A stretch of 64,000 nt of DNA, from NCBI GenBank assembly GCA_001600815.1, contig BCKZ01000012.1:547546-611545 (forward strand). Direction: 5' to 3'. The translations under genes and the position numbers were made by a program. The notes beneath the pieces are model-generated. The model worked only from the letters and a program-made list of their open reading frames with translations, searched no databases and was not told where the DNA came from. This document shows positions 47,160-58,665 of the stretch, one piece after another. Position 1 is the first letter of the stretch. Each line of letters opens with the position of its first letter. This DNA is from Alloascoidea hylecoeti (Eukaryota).

Positions 47160-49040
47160 CTATAACGCAAGCATTAATAAGGATGTGGCACATATAACCA
47201 CAATCAAGCTAAACGCAGGTTTCAAATTGTCGCCAGCGCTTGATTTGTGAGTGCTTGAGCTATTCGATTTTGAGGTGGGGGTAGATGAAGCACTAGAAAT
47301 AGAACCAGAACCTGAGGCGGTAGAACCCGTGATGGTCTTCGACTCTGTATCCCAACCCCAACAGTACTCTGAAAAACACTTGCTACATTCCTTAGATGGA
47401 TTTATTCCTCTCCTCTCTTGTTCTCTCTTGATGAGTGCACAACCAACACAAAAAGGCCAGTTACTATCTAAAGTTAGATTCATTCTACTGGCTGTTTCAT
47501 ACCCATTCTTGATCATATTCAGCTTTTCTACCTCAGTGTAGTTAAATTGAAATGTACTGGTATTAGAGAGATACGACATTTCTTGGTTGGCAATATATAT
47601 AATTAGTGGAGGGGTCCTTGTATGATCTAAAGAGGTCAAGTTGCTACCATTGCAACCGAAAAAGGTTGGTTTGTTAGTGAGATTTTGAGTGATGAAGTCG
47701 GCTGCGCTAGGGACATATGGGAATCCAGTGTTATTACCGTTAGGGCCGAACTGTCTTTCGTATGAAGCGACAACTGAAGCACCATCTGGCCAACCATTAT
47801 CAGTATCGCTAGAACTGTCAAATGCAATGATTGTATCAATCTTTCTTTCATGTTGTAATAAAGGTTCAAAGGGGATTGCCTCACCATCATAACCACCATC
47901 AACCAAAGTAAGTAAATCAGATTCGTCCCAAAAGTTCGTTCCAAAGTTTTTAAAAGGATTTGGTGCATAAATAGAAGAATCAAAGTTTGTTTGATTCAGT
48001 TTTTTTAAGAAGGGAACAATACTGGAGAGAGTAGAAATTGATGGATTAGATTGCAAAATAGGAGCGACATAACTGAACAATGAAGATGATGTGCCCATTA
48101 CAAAAGCAGCATTGTCATAACCAGCAATGCATGTTCCATTGTTGGTACCATTATTTAGTCTTGTTCCAACATACTTAAGATCAGCAAAAGCACGAAGATT
48201 GGAGTCCCAACTACCCATTTCCAACGGATTAAATTCAAAAATAGTATCATTATATCCTAAGAAACTATTTGAGGGGTTTGTTCTTCCCATAGCCAAGACA
48301 ATCGGGAATGGAATCTCATGGTCAAGGTACGGAGCAGTATTTCTGATATCAGACCAATCATATGCAGCTGACTGTTGAAATGTCATATCCAACAATTGTT
48401 TACTTAGTGCTCTTCCCCAAGCATCACCCAGACTTGAATTAAAGCCGGCCTGTTCTTTATCGATATAATCTTGATTAATATCCATATAGAAGCTGAAGGT
48501 GGTACCGGTGTCATTGCCGCCTGGAGTAAATAGGCCTGGAGCCAGATCCCAAATACCAGAATTAGGTTCTAAAATTTCTTCCACAGAAGTCCAATTATTT
48601 AAAACGACAGTTCCAACTAACCAAGAACCGCCGGATAATCCAACGATATAATTAGAAGCCTGTAACAAACCACCCAAAGCATTATCAACGGCATTAGTAG
48701 TTCTATTATCAAGAGCGGCCAATTGACCAGCACCAGTCAACATTGCTCTATGGCCCCCTCCAGAGAACGCAAGACCGATTCCAAGGGTTGAATTTGATAA
48801 AAAAGACTTGTAATCAAAATCAGTCATATTCAATCTTGAATAAAACTCCAGCAACGCGGCAGAAGTTTTTTCCTGGCGTTGCTTGATATAAGCCGTTTCG
48901 TTAACATGTAGACCGTCAGCTCGGCGGACTATATCGGTGTCAGGGCATGGGACCTCACCCGGAGCGTAACCATTAGTAGGAGACCAAGCGTCAATGAGGG
49001 AGCACCCGCCAAGGAGTGAAATAAGCGACAGTATTCTCAT
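47160..49040 (-). CDS. Secreted/GPI-anchored lysophospholipase (phospholipase B)
   Basis: Signal peptide, WSPTNGYAP, FSGGGHRAML, GLSGGSW, LVDGG, Ser-rich stalk and hydrophobic C-terminal GPI signal. Confidence 0.93.
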   Translation of the reverse strand: MRILSLISLLGGCSLIDAWSPTNGYAPGEVPCPDTDIVRRADGLHVNETAYIKQRQEKTSAALLEFYSRLNMTDFDYKSFLSNSTLGIGLAFSGGGHRAMLTGAGQLAALDNRTTNAVDNALGGLLQASNYIVGLSGGSWLVGTVVLNNWTSVEEILEPNSGIWDLAPGLFTPGGNDTGTTFSFYMDINQDYIDKEQAGFNSSLGDAWGRALSKQLLDMTFQQSAAYDWSDIRNTAPYLDHEIPFPIVLAMGRTNPSNSFLGYNDTIFEFNPLEMGSWDSNLRAFADLKYVGTRLNNGTNNGTCIAGYDNAAFVMGTSSSLFSYVAPILQSNPSISTLSSIVPFLKKLNQTNFDSSIYAPNPFKNFGTNFWDESDLLTLVDGGYDGEAIPFEPLLQHERKIDTIIAFDSSSDTDNGWPDGASVVASYERQFGPNGNNTGFPYVPSAADFITQNLTNKPTFFGCNGSNLTSLDHTRTPPLIIYIANQEMSYLSNTSTFQFNYTEVEKLNMIKNGYETASRMNLTLDSNWPFCVGCALIKREQERRGINPSKECSKCFSEYCWGWDTESKTITGSTASGSGSISSASSTPTSKSNSSSTHKSSAGDNLKPAFSLIVVICATSLLMLAL

Positions 49041-49437
49041 TGGAAATCTGGAGTTGGGTAGATGTAAACACGATAAAATCCGAGGAATGGGCTTTACTTA
49101 TACTCTTTTTATAATTATACTTTACATGGGTGGTTTTGACTGGTGAGAATGCTTTAAATTTAGTTCGTTTTACACTCTTATAAATGTTTAGCAATACATT
49201 TTTAATATGCAGCCATATTTTTATTTCCATATTCGTTTAACATCAACAGATAACAGTCCAATTGTACAAACATGTTGAATCTTGAGGAGTACCGTTTTCC
49301 AATTAGAACCAATTGAGGGGAGAAGATACTTTTAGTTGGCCCATTACTAACTAATTATATTGCTAGCTACCCCACTAGTTAATCAACTAACGCAGTTGGG
49401 TCGAAATCTTAATTGTATTTTAAGATCCTGGTTTCGG

Positions 49438-49448
49438 CACGTGACTCA
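49438..49448. promoter_or_regulatory. Overlapping CACGTG(AC) and TGACTCA sites in the divergent PLB/RRN11 promoter
   Basis: ggCACGTGACTCAca. Confidence 0.5.
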
Positions 49449-49488
49449 CATCCTTCTAACTGCAAAAAATTTGGCATCCAACACTTCT

Positions 49489-50775
49489 ATGTTTAAGTCT
49501 GCTTATATCGATGCAAAATCCTCCAAGAGGGAAAATGCCAAAATCTCTAAGCTTCAACTGCGAAGAGCAGGAAAAAAGAATGGGAACAACATAGGATACG
49601 AGGAGCTAATGCAGAACCGATGGAATCCAGGAATCATCTCTTCTCCTGTTCAAGAGGATATAACTCAATCAAAATTTAAACGAAAGCGAATTGAAAATTA
49701 TAACGATACTTCCAAACAGGATTTAAACCCGAAATCTTCAAATGACGCACGTTACTTGATTTCTTCGACAGGAATGGAGTGTTTTGGGGATATGACTAGT
49801 AATGGAATTTTGGGTAATCATCTAACAATAATGACCACCATTTTACACATGAGCATGCTCCGTCATGATTACGACACGGCTTATAATGCCTTTTCTTTGT
49901 TGATAAGATGTAAACCCACCCATATTCGTTCCTTATGCTGGATTGGCCTAGAAATATTAACACGGCAACGGGAACAACAATTCCTCTTGGAGTTGAAAAA
50001 TAAGAATCTTTCAAATACACCAGATAACTCCTTGTCTGAGTATGAGCTTCGTACACAATCTTATGATGTTTTTTCCTCCCATAAAGATGAAGACTATCTT
50101 GAATGGTTGAACTCGGAATATTCAGGTTTGAGATTACCTCCATCCAATTTTAGCAGAGAGATTCTAACTTCTTTCAACTTTTTCCCTTACTTGATCATAT
50201 CTAAATTAAGGAGTGGAAATATAGATAATGCCCTTGAGAAATTGAATGCGGCTAGTCTCATCCCAGTACATCGTGAAAATCCTGTATGTTATGCGTTATT
50301 CGCGGTTGCTACGCTTTATAAACTACATTCAATAGTTCGACCTAGCCTACAAAGTGATGAAAAACGGGATGAAAATGGTTATACGTTGGATCCTAATACC
50401 CACAAAATAAAAACACTGGTTAAGCAAATTCGATCCTCCATTAATGAGTGTGAAAAGTGGGGAGGAAAATGTCCAAAGGAATTTATGGAAATGGAAATTG
50501 AAAAATGTATTTCCCCTTATAAAGATAAACTTGGTATTGAAGAATTAGAAGAAGAACTAGAGATTGGTGATATGGATCATGACCAACAAGAATCAAATCG
50601 AGACCTAGATCCAGAGCTGGTAACATCAACTTTAAATTTTGACCCATTACCTTCTTCAGCTCCTTTCCATAACAATATTGAGCCTACAGATATTAAAGAT
50701 GAATTTGATAGTCCTAGTTGGAACTTTAACAACAAGCCACGAAATCTAGATAGTGGCGAAGAAGGTTCGGATTAG
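49489..50775 (+). CDS. RRN11: RNA polymerase I core factor subunit Rrn11-like
   Basis: HLTIMTTILHMSMLRHDYDTAYNAFSLLIR...IRSLCWIGLEIL matches the conserved Rrn11 block; acidic tail; first ATG at 49489. Confidence 0.75.
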   Translation: MFKSAYIDAKSSKRENAKISKLQLRRAGKKNGNNIGYEELMQNRWNPGIISSPVQEDITQSKFKRKRIENYNDTSKQDLNPKSSNDARYLISSTGMECFGDMTSNGILGNHLTIMTTILHMSMLRHDYDTAYNAFSLLIRCKPTHIRSLCWIGLEILTRQREQQFLLELKNKNLSNTPDNSLSEYELRTQSYDVFSSHKDEDYLEWLNSEYSGLRLPPSNFSREILTSFNFFPYLIISKLRSGNIDNALEKLNAASLIPVHRENPVCYALFAVATLYKLHSIVRPSLQSDEKRDENGYTLDPNTHKIKTLVKQIRSSINECEKWGGKCPKEFMEMEIEKCISPYKDKLGIEELEEELEIGDMDHDQQESNRDLDPELVTSTLNFDPLPSSAPFHNNIEPTDIKDEFDSPSWNFNNKPRNLDSGEEGSD

Positions 50776-51740
50776 TGAATATTAGTGGCCATAAGGTTAG
50801 TACCAGTACACATACACTTAGCTATTTCGTTGGTGTATAAATAGGTATTTACCTTCTAATAGAAAGAAAACTACAATACCTATCAAGTATCCTTTCATCA
50901 ATTTTATATAATTAGTTGATAAACTTCAATTGCATCATTTATAATAAACGATTATAATAAACAATTATATTGAATATACATTTTAAACCGCAAATAAAAA
51001 AAAAGTAATGCTGAAATACAAACTCCCCAAGTGCGGTCTGCTAATTATGTTGCAACTTGATTTTAGTGATGGTATAGTATAAAAATATGTGTAGCTAATT
51101 ATAACATTCTATTAGAATAGTATTAAATCTATAATAAAATCAAATTATTTGGTTACGGTTGTAAAAATAATACTCTTAGATACTATATTATAAAACAACA
51201 CACATGGCATTACATTAATTCAACCTCAACTTAAGATATTTGTGGTGTACCCCACGGAAAACAAACTGTTTTCTGGGGCGAAATTTTGGTCTCCAAAAAA
51301 TATGCATGCAACTGTATAGTCAATACTACGCCATGAGGAAATATTTCAGCATACATATGAATGCACCCACCTGGATAAAGTAGTTTTATCGCTGCTCTTC
51401 ACGTGATACGTATGATTATATGCACGCCTCATTGTTAAGAAAAAAACAAAAATATTGATAGAGAAGTACAAAAATTAATTTGAAACGACAGGATTTGCTT
51501 TTTCCATTTATCTACTTTTTGTCTTATTTGATATATTGCTCATTATGATTAGTAAGAGCTGTTTGTGGTATATCCACTACGTATAAGCTTGTATTGTAGA
51601 ACACTTAAGCACTTACGGGGCACATCGAGCGCTTAAATATACATGATATATATCATTTTGTTTTACTTCACTTTTTGATTGGTATTCTTGATCTTATAAT
51701 ATAGAGTAATAATATAATACACAAATCATATTCACCATCT

Positions 51741-51953
51741 ATGCCACCGTTCGAACCAAAAATTTTATTCGGTTATAATAAGCCTGCGAATCATTTTTCA
51801 CTGGTAACTAAACTCAAATACATCACGAAAGAATTTGCGTTTATTGGTGATCATTTGCTTAACTTCTTATATATTCAGGGTATTCACACGGAAATTGTCG
51901 TAAGACTTAAGCTTGGTAAATTTGTGAACAATAAACTAACAATCTCAAAATGA
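51741..51953 (+). pseudogene. Possible RNase III-domain fragment (70-aa ORF)
   Basis: FEPKILFGY...EFAFIGDHLLNF...KFVNNK resembles the N-half of RNase III (E..LGY.F, LEFLGD.VL, LVSN). Stops before the second catalytic motif. By-eye only. Confidence 0.25.
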
Positions 51954-52608
51954 AAATGGAAACTCCTCACTCTATCAAGAATGTCAGCGGGGATGAAAAC
52001 ACAAGGATCAATAATGTAATCAAAAATGAAGAATTCTCTTGTAATTGAAAGTCTCAATAATAACGACTCTTATAATTCTTAGTTGTAATAATAACTTGTT
52101 ATAAATTAAAGATTGCACCTGCATAGACCAAAACTTGATATATTGAATTTCCTATTAAAAGTGTACTCATTAGCTAAAAATAAGATTTTCCGAACGAAAC
52201 GGTATATCTCGTAAATTTTGTGTGTTTTCATCCGGGTTTGGCTGCCCCATACGACAATTGCAAGATATTTTTGTCATGCCGCTACTTTTTTTTATAATTT
52301 GTCTGCACAGTAACGAAAGATTTCAATCCAGTTCCTGAAAATAAACGGAAACATAGGTGATTATAAAGCTTATATTATTGATTATAATTTATAATTAACT
52401 ATAACTATATACATTTTGATGGATGAAAATAAGCAAATTACAAATCTAGAAAATTTGGGGAAACATCAAGATATACTTCGAGTTTTGTACATCATTTCTA
52501 AGTATATCCTAATTAATTCAAAGAATTGATGAATCATTTATATGTAATTGATTCATTAGTTTCGGAGTCGGAACGAGTTCCTCCGGAAGCTTTTTAAAAA
52601 AAATCAGG

Positions 52609-55415
52609 TTATACTTTTTTCTTCATGATATATATCTTAAATGGTCCCACAAATCTCGTATGCTCCGAAGATGTATAGAGCTTATCGAATTCTTCTGTTG
52701 TCAAAACTTTTGTAAAACATCGAGACGCCTGTCGTAAAATAAAATTATAGTTTTTCAGGATAGGAATAGTTAGTTTCCCATCTATTATTGCCGTGCTTTC
52801 TACATCTTTTTCAACTTCGGGTTCGATCGTTATACTATCATCATACCCTATAATAGGAATATCAATAGGATCTTCATTTTTAAGTTCATTAGAAAAAACT
52901 GGTTCAATTTTTTGATCATTTTCTAATAAAATACACATTGTGTTTTCGCCAAATTCAAAAGAGATTTTGCGCAATTGTGTAACTAAATCGAGAAGTTGAT
53001 TTCCTCCTACAATTTTTTCTTTTGGAAGATCAATTTTAAAAGATGGTCTTGCGAGAATCTCTTTATCAAGCATATTTTCTTGAGATTTATATCTTAGCAA
53101 TATATTCAAATCCCACGAAAATTTAGGATAAATATATCTTCCTAAAATCATTATTGAACGAATAATTCCACCGATTAAATCAACCAGTGTTTTAGCTCTA
53201 TCTGAGCCACGAGGATGTAAGCGGATTGTATTTTTGTCCTCCATTTGCTTGTGTCCCTCAGAAATAAGTAGTGTTGTCTCAGCATGAATGACTTCCATAT
53301 ATATCACAACATCTGTAATTAAATTGTCAAAATCTTCTTTCAGTTTTGCATGATAATTATCATCTCTATCGATACATTCGAAATAAAGTAGATTTGACTG
53401 ATGTAGGCGGTTAATCATTGCATAGTCATATGGTTTAAAATGTTGAATTGAATGGGCATAAAGTTTCTTAAAATATTTTGAATCAGTTAAAATACCTTCA
53501 ACTAAATTTTTAGAAAAAACTTGTTTCGAAAAATGAGCATGATAATATGATGTAGCAGCATTAAGAAGCTCTAATAACTTCATCTGATTTGTTGTTTCGT
53601 TATCAGTAATCGGGCTATTTGATAAGAGTAAGCCACGAATGGCATCAAATGTTAGTTTTTTATTAGAATTTCTATATTCAGCATTATTGTTTGGTTCTTT
53701 ATCAAATAAAATATCTGCTATTGATATTCCCTCTACCATATCATCTATATCTCGAATTGTCAATTGCGATGTTTTTTCATCAGTTACCTGCTCGCAAAAT
53801 CGTACTTTCTTTAGAATGTTTATTAAATTGGGATCATTAGCTTTAAGTAATCCAAAAAAAGGTATATAGTCAATACTGTATTTGGATCCAATCGGAAGTG
53901 CATCAATAACAATTGATGATTCTTTAGCCCAGTTTTCACATTTATCTACCCAGTCACATAATTGGTCAGGTAAGATTGGGGTTCCTGGTACAACATGAGA
54001 TCTTGTGATTGGAATTGCTTGGTTATCTGGATCAGTAGCAAATTCTTTCAACTCAATGGCATATTTTTTTAATGAAGGAATTGAATTGAAATAGTCAATG
54101 GTTATGTCTAATATACCACGTTTGGAGAAATCATCCATCATCAGACACTTTTTTTGAGCGACAAAAGGATAAAGAGTAGGATGTATTTTATAATTAGGTC
54201 CTTTTATAGTCGTACATTTTAATTGCTTTATTAGTTGTTTTTTCAAATTATTTTGTTGATCATTGCTTTCAACAATAACTGAACCAACCTGGCCTGTAGA
54301 AACCTGAACATCAGAAGCAATTATTTTGGAACCCCCAAGTACAGGAATACTAGGATCGTTCATATAGCCATGAAAATTAATACTATGAGCAATATTGGCA
54401 TCTTGATTACCCTCGAAAACAATTTTATGGTGAGATAAATAATGACCTGGGAAAAGAGGAATAATATGTTTAAAATGTAATGTTGATCCATTGAATGATG
54501 AGTCCAAACTTTCATCATTTATTTTATCCGATTGTATAGGAATTTTAAAGAATTGGCACGTAAGATTATTATCCAGAGGGTTCGCAATCTTTTGTTTTAT
54601 CAATGAATCAAAATTTGGATGATTTTGAGGGATTCCAACGTGCTGAAGTTTAGGTAATAAAAATAAATCTGAATTTCGAACTAATAATTTTAGATCAAGA
54701 CTTTTATTCACTAAATTCACATTAACTTCATGATATTTATTATCTGTTTTCATTTTATCATTTATTTTTTCTAGTTCATGTTTCGATACTTCTTTCTGTG
54801 ATATAAAGTCCCAAATAATTTGTTTTGATTGTATCTTGGCACCATTTTCAATTATTCCCTTTTGCTTGACATTTGCAACTTCTTCTATAAAGTTTCCATG
54901 AAGATATTTCGAAAAATTTGTACCTTCTAATATTTTAGAGGATTGGGTTTTTGTATTAGAACATAACGATATATGGTTACCGATTCCAAATAAATAGTGT
55001 GGCCTTTTTGTCAATTCTCTTGAACCTTTAGTTTTTGCATAAAATTGGTGATAATTCATCCAGTCGTAGTAATCACGAACAATGAATCGTTGTAGAGTGC
55101 TGATTGGTAAAGTTTTATGTGCTAGTTCAAATTCCTCTTTTTTGGTTAAGAAAAGATAATTTATGTATTCTGCTTGATATGGAGAAACCAATGACTTATT
55201 GATTTTCTTTTGCTTTCCAGGAGATTTGCGAATATTAGTATTTGTATTGATAGCCTTCGCATTCTAGAATTTAATGTTAAAAAATCTGTCAACAATATGC
55301 TAATCAACTAATTGCAACATACACAAGCATATCCAAGCTTTTTAAAGAACCATGGATGGCTCATTTGAGTCCACTCCACTAAGCTGGAGATTGATAATCC
55401 ATTTCTCCATCCCAT
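52609..55415 (-). CDS. ~915-aa divergent protein, candidate catalytically degenerate Dicer-like (tandem RNase III-like regions); exons 55415-55323, 55263-52609
   Basis: 2.6-kb open frame; an upstream ATG exon (MGWRNG...GYAC) joins in phase 0 through a GTATGT...TAG intron. The CDS itself is well supported; the Dicer-like call rests on manual motif spacing (see findings). Confidence 0.55.
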
Positions 55416-55555
55416 TTATGACCAGGCAAAAATGTAAATAAAAATAAAAAAAGTTTCAAATCTTTCATCACTTATGTAATCATTACAAAATATGCAAAAT
55501 TATGTAATTACTATCCATTAAAAATATCTAGAAACTTTAATGTTTTATCATTTAT

Positions 55556-56923
55556 TCATGCTTCATGTTCATATATATATTCCTTCAAATTATCATAACT
55601 TGAAGAGTGCTTATAATTATTAACTTGGTAATAGAAATCAATACAATTTCTATCATCAAATAAATATTGTTCTTCTCTATTACAAAGACAATTATTTTTG
55701 ATCCAAATATTCTGGTCATTTGGACAAGTTTTTAATACTCTTTCATGATATCCAAGATCACTGAAATAATGAATCTGTGATCTTTTTAGAAATAAAGAGG
55801 TCGATATTGTAAATATTGGCCCATTGCTCCATTTATCTTTAAAAAAGCCTTGAGATTTATCTAGATAATTAAAATAATTTTGATAGATTTCACCTCTGAA
55901 AAAAGAGAAGTCTGCAACTTCAAATGATGGCCAAAAATTACAGAGGTTATAGGTATCACCATGATCGTTTGAAATAAAACTTAGCATGTTATTTGATGAA
56001 ATATATTTGCTACTTAAAGGGTCATTATTTTCAAAGTTGGGACTATCATTTTCATTTTCATTTTCATTATCAGCATTGGTTTCCATTAAAAATGACTTTA
56101 CTGTAGACCATAATGAAGAAAGTGTTGTTGGATCATCTTGTATACTAGTAATAAATCCAAATTTCTTATCATAATAATTCATAAATTTAAAAATATCATA
56201 ATTAAGATCACAAACTATATTTGCTTTTGGTTCAACTCTTAAATAATACTCATAGTTTAATAATAATTCATGATTATGAAAAAACCCAGATAAATATCTT
56301 GATTTTCTTCTAATATCAATTGACTCATAGTGTTTTCTACCGATATATTTTTCATCGATAAACTCAGGTATATCCCAATGTTCTTTTGGTATTTCACCGA
56401 ATTTGATTGAATATTTTGTATTATTACCATTATTTATTAATGATGATATCTTCACTTTTGTTTCATAAGATAATTTGCTTTTGGATATGAAAACCCAATC
56501 ATAATGAAATTTACTATTAAACCGATCTTCAAAAATTCTGACTGTATCGAGGATGTCTTTTTTATTCTCGTTTACTATGAACATTACAATTACAGCATTT
56601 TCTCGTTGCTTATAATTGTTTGCGTCTTCGGCTTCTTTGTCTATCAGCACCAAATCTTGAGTTCCATCTTTTAGGTCTATCAATTTATATTCAGGAATGT
56701 TGTATTTAGAAATTTCTTGTATATCATTGTTAAACCATATTTGGTACCTTTGTTTATACATTTCATTTATTCGTTTTTGTTGTTCTTTTGAAGTTGTGCT
56801 ATATTTACTGTTCATCTTAGACCATGTTAAGTTCCGAGAAAAAACGTCAATTTTAATACAAAAAAATATAATAAACAGAAGGATCGTTATAATTATTATA
56901 CGAGATTTAATCCGTGCCGCCAT
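55556..56923 (-). CDS. Kre2/Mnt1/Ktr-family (GT15) Golgi mannosyltransferase-like, type II membrane protein
   Basis: N-terminal TM; RENAVIV, FEDRFNSKFHYDWVF, IPKEHW, YYLRVEP, YNLCNFW..FEV, YFNYLD...GFF. Confidence 0.88.
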   Translation of the reverse strand: MAARIKSRIIIITILLFIIFFCIKIDVFSRNLTWSKMNSKYSTTSKEQQKRINEMYKQRYQIWFNNDIQEISKYNIPEYKLIDLKDGTQDLVLIDKEAEDANNYKQRENAVIVMFIVNENKKDILDTVRIFEDRFNSKFHYDWVFISKSKLSYETKVKISSLINNGNNTKYSIKFGEIPKEHWDIPEFIDEKYIGRKHYESIDIRRKSRYLSGFFHNHELLLNYEYYLRVEPKANIVCDLNYDIFKFMNYYDKKFGFITSIQDDPTTLSSLWSTVKSFLMETNADNENENENDSPNFENNDPLSSKYISSNNMLSFISNDHGDTYNLCNFWPSFEVADFSFFRGEIYQNYFNYLDKSQGFFKDKWSNGPIFTISTSLFLKRSQIHYFSDLGYHERVLKTCPNDQNIWIKNNCLCNREEQYLFDDRNCIDFYYQVNNYKHSSSYDNLKEYIYEHEA

Positions 56924-57081
56924 CTCCTTTTAAATTTCCTCTTTTAATATATTCAATAATTAAAAAAAAAATGGTATATTTTTGTGTTTTATAATTAAAC
57001 CTCCGGATCACATGACCGGCTGAAAATTTAACACATCCAATCACCATTCTTTTTTCTTAATCATCATCGTGAAAAGGACAA

Positions 57082-58274
57082 ATGTTGGCGAGACAACTTT
57101 TACCAGCACGGCCTCTTTCATTGAATAATGGAATGCTAGTTGGTTTAAATAGACAAAATGCTCTAACTGGCCTTCGAATAGCGAGACCAGGTTTGAATGT
57201 GGGATTGAGGTTTGCTTCAAAAACATCGGAACCTCAACAAATCAATGTTAAACAGGTCGGTGTTATGAATGGTATGTCTTTGGTTTTTCCTCTTTGCTTC
57301 TTTTTTATTTTCATGTTAACTGATTGTTATAGATATCTACATTCCTAAATCTACTAATTGGAGGAAACCTTCTTTCGATTTAATAAAATCTCTTTTTTCA
57401 AGAACTTTAGTATTTGCTCTAAATACTGCCCAGTAAGTAATTGATATATCCCCATCAATTGGAATTGCCATTATTCTAACATTATACCTTTATAGAGTTG
57501 TTATGTACAAATTCAGATCTCCCTATAAAAAACGATTGGATTTTATATATTTTGGCTCTCAAGCAGCTAAAAAATTTGTTCTTATCAATGATTGTTTCGC
57601 AAGGTATTTAAAATTTTCTATATTTTACAGATGTAGTTATGTCAAATTTTACTAACTTTTTATCTTAATTACTCTCTAGTAAAAATTCTCGATTTATTGA
57701 AAATGAAACTTCACTATGGGTATCAAGAGCTCTCATAAAACGAATGAAAGAGGTTCCAAAAGCTACAAAAGTAAAATGGCAGCTTAAATCATTTATAAAG
57801 CCCCCAAAAGTTGTTTCTATTAATAATATAGTATTGTCACCAGACAGGCCATTTGAAACTCTTCAAGTTGTTTATAAATTTAGAACATCGACCGAAACGA
57901 CATACTACAATAAAATTACAGGTGTAAATAAAACAAAACGATCAAAGAATAAGACTGATTATTGGGTGTTTTTGATCGATACTGCACAAAATCCTCCAAC
58001 AATGCAATTATTGGGATCTGTTTTTGAAACACCACCAAAATATAAATTACCTGCTGCGAGTGATGACCCAGTGAAAATCATGAAAACTATGGAAAAGAAG
58101 GGTGATATTTTCAGAGATGAAAAGTACGAATTTGATTCAAGTCTGGGGGAATATGACCTAGTTGAATCTGCAAAAAGAGACGCATCTACTGATAAAAACG
58201 AATTCATGGAATATTTCGAAAAAGAGAAGGAAAGAAGAGAAAAGGCGATTGCCGAAGCAAAGGAAAAGAAATAA
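57082..58274 (+). CDS. MBA1: Mitochondrial ribosome membrane receptor Mba1 (Tim44-like domain); exons 57082-57271, 57333-57432, 57496-57603, 57680-58274
   Basis: Arg-rich presequence, VGVMNDIYIP, INDCFA, L..R....P...KVKWQL..F..PPKVVS, QVVYKF.T, DYWVF, LLGSVFE; three introns join in frame. Confidence 0.78.
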
Positions 58275-58665
58275 TCAAATAATCAAAGATACTCTTTAAA
58301 CAATCACGATAAAATGCTGGAATATTGATTTATTAATTAATTAAAAGCCGATTAATTTTCCTATATAACTGATGAAATTAAAGTGAATGAATTATTACAA
58401 TTTTGTTTATTGTTCTTTTTCATTATTAAAAAGGTTTCAATCATGAATATATATTCATAAATGTACATATGATAAATTGATAATAAATTGTATATAAAAT
58501 CACAATAAATACTACATAGTAAATAAAGTTTATTTGAAACTTACCCGTCCATCAGATATAAATTTTTTAATAACCTCCAACTTTTTTAATAACAACTTCA
58601 TTTTTATATTTATACCGTTATATCTATATATACACAGATATCTTACACTACAGAGAGATATAAAG

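Noticed and set aside
50776..52608. Point centromere (CACGTGA at ~51399 in a long AT-rich gap)
   Set aside because: No CDEII/CDEIII arrangement follows, and point centromeres are not expected in this kind of yeast; a regional centromere cannot be judged from sequence.
52609..55191. Endogenous viral gene or transposase as the identity of the long ORF
   Set aside because: No RdRp, DDE, RT or helicase motifs and no flanking TIRs seen; it has a spliceosomal intron. Not fully excluded without a profile search.
58534..58665. N-terminal extensions in the ORF track for ELP3 (also ACH1 28284, RRN11 49360, PLC1 25606, arrestin 5605)
   Set aside because: They start at TTG codons; downstream ATGs match the expected N-termini.
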